Shown here: piece after piece, positions 57,893 to 64,000 of the stretch
Layout: each line of letters begins with the position of its first letter
How positions within the stretch are numbered: position 1 is the stretch's first letter
DNA from: a virus
IMG/VR virus record: IMGVR_UViG_3300028874_000010
Coordinates: 48,369-112,368 of that record
Direction: 5' to 3' (one strand)
Length of the DNA stretch: 64,000 bases
Position numbers and translations under genes: made by a program
The notes under the pieces: generated by a model
The model's database searches: none
Told to the model about the DNA's origin: nothing
The model's input: only the letters and a program-made list of their open reading frames with translations

Positions 57893-58153
57893 TTAGACAC
57901 CTTTATAGGTTGCGGCCTGAGCAGGTGTCAACTTCTGAATCGAAGGCGTTGTAACCTTCTTAATTGCATGGTGCTTTGCATGCTTCTTAGCATGATGCTT
58001 ACTATGGAAAAAGTGATGATGCTTCTTCACAACCTTCTTGACGACTGGTGCCGAAGAAGCTGCAACTGGTGCTGATGCAACGACCGGAGCTTGAGCGAAT
58101 GCTGTAGCAGACATGAACATAGCTGCGAAAATTGCTAATAGGGTTTTCTTCAT
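57893..58153 (-). CDS. small secreted His/Lys-rich protein
   Basis: Signal peptide; KKHHH..KHHAKKHAKHH. Confidence 0.65.
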   Translation of the reverse strand: MKKTLLAIFAAMFMSATAFAQAPVVASAPVAASSAPVVKKVVKKHHHFFHSKHHAKKHAKHHAIKKVTTPSIQKLTPAQAATYKGV

Positions 58154-58240
58154 GGTATTCCTTATGATTATGTTTTATGAGTTCCGTGATTCATTCACAG
58201 AGAAATATTATACTATATGTTTACAACAAGTGTACTGATT

Positions 58241-59176
58241 TTACTTATTTATTGCTACAGGAACATTGACATTTACCTTACCATCGCTGGATACAACAAA
58301 CAAAGGCATAATCCCGTGTCCGTCCCATTTTTGAGCCATGATCATAGTAATTTCAACTTCTTTCATTTGGATTTCAAGTTGCTGTTTGATCTTAACTGCA
58401 TCAGATGCTTCAGAAATCTTCTTCGCGGCTTGAAGTTGTGCATCAGCAATACTAACTTGTTGATCAGCTTCAAACTTTGCATTGATCGCATCTTGGATCT
58501 TCTTGTCATGAGGAGTCATGCCTTCGGTATACCCAAGTGTATCAATAGTGATCCCCATGGGAGCATAAGCGGCACGAGTTTCTGCTAAAGCAATAGCAAA
58601 GACATCATTCTTTTCTGCTCGACACTGATCATATGTACGTTTACCAAATTCCCGAGCGAGAATTCCGCCGATCGTAGTCTTGATATTAGTATCCATTATT
58701 TCATCAAGCTGCTTACCGGAATACCAATACAAGAATTTAGCAGTGTCTGCTTCAGCAACATGAGCAGTAATCATTCCGCCGATATCAAAATCGATAGACT
58801 CAATAGATTCAACTGAGAAAGCTTGATTTTGTGCAGAGGTTCCGGTTGTGGTAGAAGAAGTCCATTCACGAGAGACCGGTGACCGAGAAATTTTATACAA
58901 TGTCAGAGTCGCAACATCTTGTTGATGGTTATATCCACTACAATCAGGACAGAGATCAATAATCTTGTGCGGAATCAAAACTCTCTTTGCACTGATTTTA
59001 TCAGCTTCAAGAAAATCAACAGAGCCAAGTTTATCTTGATTCTTTTTTGTGTTGCCATCCAGAGCAACAAGAAATGCAGTTTCACTAGGGCCGATATATT
59101 GGACTTCATCAACTGCATGAGCCCCGCAACCGGCAAGTGTAATAGCCAACAACGAGGCCGCAATAATTTTATACAT
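58241..59176 (-). CDS. SPFH/band-7-like lipoprotein
   Basis: LAGC lipobox; GITIDTLG; I.DAINAKF; KWDG coiled-coil end. Confidence 0.65.
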   Translation of the reverse strand: MYKIIAASLLAITLAGCGAHAVDEVQYIGPSETAFLVALDGNTKKNQDKLGSVDFLEADKISAKRVLIPHKIIDLCPDCSGYNHQQDVATLTLYKISRSPVSREWTSSTTTGTSAQNQAFSVESIESIDFDIGGMITAHVAEADTAKFLYWYSGKQLDEIMDTNIKTTIGGILAREFGKRTYDQCRAEKNDVFAIALAETRAAYAPMGITIDTLGYTEGMTPHDKKIQDAINAKFEADQQVSIADAQLQAAKKISEASDAVKIKQQLEIQMKEVEITMIMAQKWDGHGIMPLFVVSSDGKVNVNVPVAINK

Positions 59177-59417
59177 CTTTTACATCCTTTTCGGGTTTCC
59201 ACATCAAATACAATGCGGTTAATACAATTAAAGAAATACAAAGGTCCACCCAGAAAATACCTATTGCTGGCATTTGAACATTTGCAGCTGCAATATTCCC
59301 ACCGCTTAACTGAGCTATGGATATTGAGTTTGCTGCGATAGCTACATACGTGTGTAAATACGAATGGAGTTTTAATCCGCATGCTACAATCAAAACACTA
59401 ATGATAAATTTCTTCAT
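59169..59417 (-). CDS. small membrane protein
   Basis: Two hydrophobic segments; GGAG RBS. Confidence 0.55.
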   Translation of the reverse strand: MKKFIISVLIVACGLKLHSYLHTYVAIAANSISIAQLSGGNIAAANVQMPAIGIFWVDLCISLIVLTALYLMWKPEKDVKDV

Positions 59418-59429
59418 GTTTTACTCCAT

Positions 59430-60125
59430 TTAATATTGCAGTGGAATGAGATTATCTTCATTCGATTCAGACAAGATAGATTTTTGTTCGTCAAACTCTT
59501 TTTCCTGCATAGCACCAATAAAAAGCATGATTAATTCATGTTGACTCTTAAGCATGTTTTCAATGTTGTAATATGCGTCCATCTGTTTAGGAAAGTTCTT
59601 TCTGGCTTTCTTGAGCATAGGAAGAAAATAAACTACGACTTCGTCGGCATACTTGATCTGTTTCGAGATAGTAAACTTGCCACGATTCATAGACTGGAAA
59701 TTGTTGATCCTATCCACGCCCTTAACAAGTGACGCTAGCATATTACCAGCTAGTGAACTAAAATACTGATCGTAATTATCATGGCGATGTTTATTCAACA
59801 TATGGATGGCAAGCATCCTGGGTTCGCCAAAGGCCATCAACACACCAATAGATAGTAGATGCGGGTAATCTTCATCTGTATCATGTAAAAGTGCACAGAT
59901 TATAGAACCTTCTAAATCCTGAACATCTTTCAACGTCATGATGTATAAAGCTATTTCAAGTTGATGCTGGAATTCTGGAGTCTTTCCATCTTTACGAAAC
60001 CCATCATGAATGTCTTTTGCGAGTTCAAGAGCTCGCAAAGCATCATAAAATTCCATTCCTTTAAGACGAAATTTTAATGCAATATACAGCTTATCAAAAT
60101 TAGATGTCATTTTGCAAGCGTACAT
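59430..60125 (-). CDS. RelA/SpoT-type HD hydrolase (Mesh1/SAH-like)
   Basis: H.G.RKDG.TP...H, ALLHDT.ED, VK..DRI.N. Confidence 0.75.
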   Translation of the reverse strand: MYACKMTSNFDKLYIALKFRLKGMEFYDALRALELAKDIHDGFRKDGKTPEFQHQLEIALYIMTLKDVQDLEGSIICALLHDTDEDYPHLLSIGVLMAFGEPRMLAIHMLNKHRHDNYDQYFSSLAGNMLASLVKGVDRINNFQSMNRGKFTISKQIKYADEVVVYFLPMLKKARKNFPKQMDAYYNIENMLKSQHELIMLFIGAMQEKEFDEQKSILSESNEDNLIPLQY

Positions 60126-60592
60126 TTGTTTAGTTTACGAACCAAATCTTCTTCCCACAAAGTCAATGTTGGTCTTGTTGGTTGTAGAAAACTTTCTACA
60201 GAATTACGAGGCAGTCGATCATATTCTGCAGTCTCATAGATATAAGCCGGTAAAACAATCGCAACAGATGTGGCTGCCCCATTCAGTGACTTATGGTCTT
60301 CATGGAAGATTGCATACGGAAACTTACCATGACCTTGTTCAATGAAATGATGAAGATCAACCAAGTCTTGATGATTGCCGCCATTGAGTAAAATCACAGT
60401 TTTATGATTTTTTCGCCAATCATCTAATGCATCCCAAGCTTGATACAATGGCGATGTTGTTTCAATCTGACCTTGTTCCGCTAATTCCCTATATCGCGAA
60501 TAGTGAATTTCCAATTCATCGCCGGAATGCTTGGCTTGTAAACCTTGCTGGAGTGATGAAAGATAATAATTTCCAAAAGCGTAAAAACGCAT
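60107..60592 (-). CDS. PTH2-like phage protein
   Basis: N.YLSS.QQG.QA.H, HKTVILLNGG, F.ED..SL.GA.TSV. Confidence 0.55.
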   Translation of the reverse strand: MRFYAFGNYYLSSLQQGLQAKHSGDELEIHYSRYRELAEQGQIETTSPLYQAWDALDDWRKNHKTVILLNGGNHQDLVDLHHFIEQGHGKFPYAIFHEDHKSLNGAATSVAIVLPAYIYETAEYDRLPRNSVESFLQPTRPTLTLWEEDLVRKLNKCTLAK

Positions 60593-60600
60593 GATTTTCC

Positions 60601-60783
60601 TTATTTGACTTTAACTGTATTGCAGCTAACAACACCAATTCCATAGTGCTGGGTATCTGCATCGATTTCGATTGTTTTACCAGATTCTGTTAGAATAGTA
60701 ACAATATTAATAGCGGTAGCATCTATCTTTTTTATTGTTTCGCCAATCAAGGAATCAAATCCACGGTCTGGTTTATTTTTCAT
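60601..60783 (-). CDS. small hypothetical protein
   Basis: ATGA overlap. Confidence 0.5.
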   Translation of the reverse strand: MKNKPDRGFDSLIGETIKKIDATAINIVTILTESGKTIEIDADTQHYGIGVVSCNTVKVK

Positions 60784-61133
60784 TTGACTCTCATTGCGGA
60801 AGTGATATTCGGGTAATGCGAGAGAAACGGAATGCGGAACCCATAATACGAAATATCAAATGTTCCGCCTTGCATCAGTTGGCCCTGAATATCTGATGAA
60901 TTAAATTTCAGATACGCAAAGGTATCGGTGTTTTCAAATACTCCAGAATTAGTGAAGACTAAATATTTTGATTGGCCTTCGGAGCCGTATTGTTTAACTA
61001 CTGTTCCTGTCACTGTAACAGTTTCTGTTGAGTGAGTCCAGTATGGTAAACTGATCTCAGCAACGGACAACAAAGCCGTTACTACAAAAATCAAAGTAGC
61101 TAAAGATTTAATTGATAAAGATTTCAACATCAT
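60780..61133 (-). CDS. membrane-anchored phage protein (DUF1523-like)
   Basis: TM helix; KYLVFT..GVFENTD...KFNSSD...YG.RIPFLS.YPNI. Confidence 0.65.
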   Translation of the reverse strand: MMLKSLSIKSLATLIFVVTALLSVAEISLPYWTHSTETVTVTGTVVKQYGSEGQSKYLVFTNSGVFENTDTFAYLKFNSSDIQGQLMQGGTFDISYYGFRIPFLSHYPNITSAMRVK

Positions 61134-61602
61134 TGATTGTTCCGTTAAGATGGGTTCTAAGTAACATAAGAAGCTGCCCAAGATGATTTTCACCTACGCC
61201 ATTACATACACCCCAGAAAGTATCACTCCAAGTATTTCCTTCTTCGAGGTATCTATTTCCTGTTGCTAATAGTAAAGCTTTGAGATATGCATTTTGGGAA
61301 AACTTAGCATGCAATATTTCATACATTATTCCGATTTTGACATCTTCCCAATCATCTCGGAGAGCAATATTCCTACCAAGACGTTTAACTTGTCCTGGAG
61401 TTATAGCTGCTTTTATTTGATCTCTAAGATTTTGATCTAATGTCTTTTGTGCTACATATGCGTGTTCGGAGCTATTGTATACCACTCCGTCATATTCAAC
61501 ACTAGAAATCCAAAAATTTGACAGGAAGTCATAGTCATTTTTGAAAAATAATATCGGTTCCTTTAATGAACACCCAAACGCCATTGCTAAATCGATTCTC
61601 AT
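61108..61602 (-). CDS. NADAR (YbiA-like) family protein
   Basis: FLSNFW, SSEH.Y.AQK, KRLGR, KFSQN, LL.TG...L.E.N.W.D.FWG, G.N.LG.LLM. Confidence 0.88.
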   Translation of the reverse strand: MRIDLAMAFGCSLKEPILFFKNDYDFLSNFWISSVEYDGVVYNSSEHAYVAQKTLDQNLRDQIKAAITPGQVKRLGRNIALRDDWEDVKIGIMYEILHAKFSQNAYLKALLLATGNRYLEEGNTWSDTFWGVCNGVGENHLGQLLMLLRTHLNGTINDVEIFIN

Positions 61603-62183
61603 GCTAACTCTAATAGTTCTCTTGTTATGTTTGCTCTTGCGGCTTGTTCATAAATCTGATACATCTCCGGAGTTTGAAATATTCTCGGCTGAGCTAGAAA
61701 ATGATTTAACGCTTTAGTTCTACCGAGCTGCCATTGTCGATCACTATATACCGAATATTCTTTTCTAGTATTTGAAACATAAGAGTCATAAACATCTTGT
61801 GACCGACCTAAGATCATTAAATCCAAATCAACAATACGTAAGGCATCCGGGTTATTGATAATGGCACCACCCAAATGTTTGGTTGATAGAACAAGAACTT
61901 TAGCTTTATCAACCGTCTCTCTTTTCAGAGTTTTGAAATACTTGGGATAATCTTGTTCAATTAAAGCCGCACTATTTTCTTCGTTCAAATCGCTAAAAGT
62001 GTCATGTATTGCATCATGATACAAAATCGCAATATATTCTTCAATAGAAATATCCCCAAAATGGGTTTCATATCCAGAGAGCATAGCATCAATATGATCC
62101 ATTGTATGATAGAACCTATTTTGATCTATGTAATATGGTTTAACCAAAGTCCATAAAGCAATTTTGAACGAAGAAAAATTCAT
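61599..62183 (-). CDS. predicted HD metal-dependent phosphohydrolase
   Basis: RFYHT..H, YHDAI, NEENSA, D.DL.ILG, R.EYS. Confidence 0.8.
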   Translation of the reverse strand: MNFSSFKIALWTLVKPYYIDQNRFYHTMDHIDAMLSGYETHFGDISIEEYIAILYHDAIHDTFSDLNEENSAALIEQDYPKYFKTLKRETVDKAKVLVLSTKHLGGAIINNPDALRIVDLDLMILGRSQDVYDSYVSNTRKEYSVYSDRQWQLGRTKALNHFLAQPRIFQTPEMYQIYEQAARANITRELLELA

Positions 62184-62184
62184 A

Positions 62185-62637
62185 TTATTTACTTTGGAGT
62201 GATTCAAATAATGCGGTTTGGCGTGATTCAAATAATGCGGTTTGAAATACTTGGGCGCGCAGCACTTCATTTTTAGGTTCAACTTGACAATCATGAATAG
62301 GCAATGCACCTTCCAAACCAAGCGGATTTATGAATTCAAAAATTCCGGCAATAATGTCGTCGGATTTATTTGCAAATTCGATCTGTTCATCTTCTGCAAC
62401 CATTTCTTCATGTAATGCAAGACAATATGCCTTACCAATATCGTCTTCACCAGCAAGCCAATTATCATAAATGTGTCTAGTGATATGTGGATTCATATTC
62501 ATGAGCTTCATTACATAAACCGAATCGTACAACGGAACTTCGGTTTCGCCAATCATAACTTTATCATCTTTAATGATAGCTGTAGTATCAATACATTGCT
62601 GAAGTAAATGCTGCCAAATTGTTAAATCATTGTGCAT
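62185..62637 (-). CDS. hypothetical protein
   Basis: AAGGA RBS. Confidence 0.55.
   Translation of the reverse strand: MHNDLTIWQHLLQQCIDTTAIIKDDKVMIGETEVPLYDSVYVMKLMNMNPHITRHIYDNWLAGEDDIGKAYCLALHEEMVAEDEQIEFANKSDDIIAGIFEFINPLGLEGALPIHDCQVEPKNEVLRAQVFQTALFESRQTALFESLQSK
62199..62244. repeat. 24-bp-period tandem duplication
   Basis: GTGATTCAAATAATGCGGTTTG x2. Confidence 0.85.
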
Positions 62638-62648
62638 AATAAATCCTT

Positions 62649-62858
62649 TTATTTTAAACTGTTAATAAATGCATCGAGTATTGCTACCCGGCCATTTATG
62701 CTTTGGAGAACACCATGACATCGTGTGGAGTCAAGAGTTTTATATGGATAAGCAAAGTCATAATCTTTTTTAACGCCAATAATAAACGCATTGATAAATT
62801 TTATAGTATCAAGAGTCATTCCGGTATTAACACCAGGGAATAGTTGAGGGTCAGACAT
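62649..62858 (-). CDS. small hypothetical protein
   Basis: ORF in gene run. Confidence 0.45.
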   Translation of the reverse strand: MSDPQLFPGVNTGMTLDTIKFINAFIIGVKKDYDFAYPYKTLDSTRCHGVLQSINGRVAILDAFINSLK

Positions 62859-63075
62859 TATCTTTGGTCTCGTAAAGTTCTTCAATCTTTTCAATAATGA
62901 GGTCAACAAGCTTTACCTTATTAGTAACAATGAATTTTTGGTTAATAAACTTTGGTTCTATCTGAACACCAAAGTTTCCAAGTTCGATAGTTGAATCAAC
63001 CGGAAGTGTCACAATAATACCACCATGACAGAGTTCAAGATTGATATTTAACTGCAATGAATGTTTTAATTTCAT
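62851..63075 (-). CDS. small hypothetical protein
   Basis: ATGA overlap. Confidence 0.5.
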   Translation of the reverse strand: MKLKHSLQLNINLELCHGGIIVTLPVDSTIELGNFGVQIEPKFINQKFIVTNKVKLVDLIIEKIEELYETKDNV

Positions 63076-63563
63076 AAGCCATATGCCTTAAGCTGTCCGA
63101 TCGTTTCTACTGTACTGCGATGCAAAATAGCAAGGCCGCCAGCATCACGAAAACCAGACACCATATCAGTCCGGTCATCAATCAAGAGTTTGCCTGGGCC
63201 AGCGTGCAAACGCTTTTCCTTCGAAGGCAACACAATTACTTCAACTGTATCACTGAGATGCTTAGCAACAGAACGCCGCTTTTGATTTGCACCATCATTG
63301 ATTGTAGGCAAGCCAGTCAACACACTAGTCTTGATTTGGCCAGACTTAACAAGCTCATGGCCATGAACAAAGTTCCAGAGTTCCAATGCGTCAGGGAGCA
63401 AATCAAGATCTTCAAAAAAAGATCCTGATTTTGAAATGGCTTTCCACATTTCCTTCTTACCTATCTCTTTTGGAAACCCACCGGTCAATTTCTTGACTCC
63501 GCCCTCGAAGTCAAATAAGACTCCATCCAAGTCGAATTTTATTTCAATTATTTTTGTTTTCAT
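63072..63563 (-). CDS. HAD-family 5'(3')-deoxyribonucleotidase
   Basis: FDLDGVLFDF, LTG, K, LIDDR, GG.AILH. Confidence 0.85.
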   Translation of the reverse strand: MKTKIIEIKFDLDGVLFDFEGGVKKLTGGFPKEIGKKEMWKAISKSGSFFEDLDLLPDALELWNFVHGHELVKSGQIKTSVLTGLPTINDGANQKRRSVAKHLSDTVEVIVLPSKEKRLHAGPGKLLIDDRTDMVSGFRDAGGLAILHRSTVETIGQLKAYGL

Positions 63564-63566
63564 TTT

Positions 63567-63935
63567 TTAGTATAGTAATGCTGGTACCGTTTCAATTTCA
63601 AACGGTTCACAAGCTTTGTATTTTTTAGTGCTCAACACTTTATTAGAATCAACAGGACTCCGCCCTTTGGATCGATCCAATGACAGAGTAATATGATACA
63701 GCTTTCCGTCGGGACGGACACTCTCGCCGTTTACGTGTACGACAAGCGCTTCTAATGATTCATCTTCGATGTGTCCAACAACAGTCACAATAGAAGGTAA
63801 TGGTTTTGGGGATGTCCTAGGAAGACCAAATTCAATAGTGACGTGATGTGCAATCACATCCGGAAATTTAGCCGGAAATTTGCTAAGCACAATAGCTCTA
63901 GCTTTATCAGTAAGTACATGAGCAGAAAAGGTCAT
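63567..63935 (-). CDS. 2H phosphodiesterase, T4 gp57B/Acb1-like
   Basis: HHVTIEFG and YHITLSLD, RPDG, PVDSN. Confidence 0.75.
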   Translation of the reverse strand: MTFSAHVLTDKARAIVLSKFPAKFPDVIAHHVTIEFGLPRTSPKPLPSIVTVVGHIEDESLEALVVHVNGESVRPDGKLYHITLSLDRSKGRSPVDSNKVLSTKKYKACEPFEIETVPALLY

Positions 63936-64000
63936 TTTGTTTTTATTTTTATTTTTGTTTTTGTTTTCCATATGAACATAGATCATATGGAGGAATACAA

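Noticed and set aside
193-63428. Plus-strand ORFs other than 10440-11024
   Set aside because: Antisense shadows of minus-strand genes, with no recognisable motifs
63936-63986. KNKNKNK N-terminal extension of the Acb1-like protein
   Set aside because: Low-complexity A-rich tract upstream of a better ATG at 63935; may instead be the end of the preceding gene
1-64000. Genome-wide stop-codon reassignment
   Set aside because: Long conserved genes are intact in code 11 and TGA ends many genes in ATGA overlaps; the two internal stops found are one TAG and one TAA
1-64000. CRISPR array, integrase or transposase
   Set aside because: No regularly spaced repeats seen; only two-copy tandem duplications; no recognisable recombinase motifs

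Overview
64 kb of an AT-rich, T4-like large (probably jumbo) phage genome. Nearly all genes are on the minus strand; the exception is one HNH gene. T4-type late promoters (TATAAATA) and early-type promoters (GTTTAC/TGTACA-N17-TATAAT) recur throughout. No core structural or replication genes are present, so this is an accessory, host-takeover region. It encodes a yeaG(prkA)-yeaH-ycgB(spoVR) cluster, Sir2, a bactofilin, a CCA-adding enzyme, a RimK-like ligase, two radical SAM enzymes, a PP-loop/GNAT/2OG-oxygenase/QueC-like cluster, a photolyase-like protein, an RNA ligase, two PTH2-like proteins, several HD and 2H phosphoesterases (one Acb1/57B-like), NADAR and about 20 tRNA or tRNA-like genes. 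The most striking finding is not in the ORF track. A 32-codon leader peptide (35087-35185) has codons 3-20 made only of Ser/Leu/Tyr/Glu/Trp, and is coupled to alternative terminator/antiterminator hairpins directly upstream of a tRNA array that supplies Leu, Ser, Tyr, Glu and Trp tRNAs. This is a candidate ribosome-stalling attenuator that would switch on phage tRNAs when host tRNAs are depleted. A second candidate translation sensor, an ATG-TTA-TGA minigene with an RBS-sequestering hairpin, precedes the peptidyl-tRNA-hydrolase operon. The window also holds a UCA-anticodon (opal suppressor) tRNA and several unexplained structured RNAs. All protein calls come from motif recognition by eye and all RNA structures were paired by hand; no searches were run.
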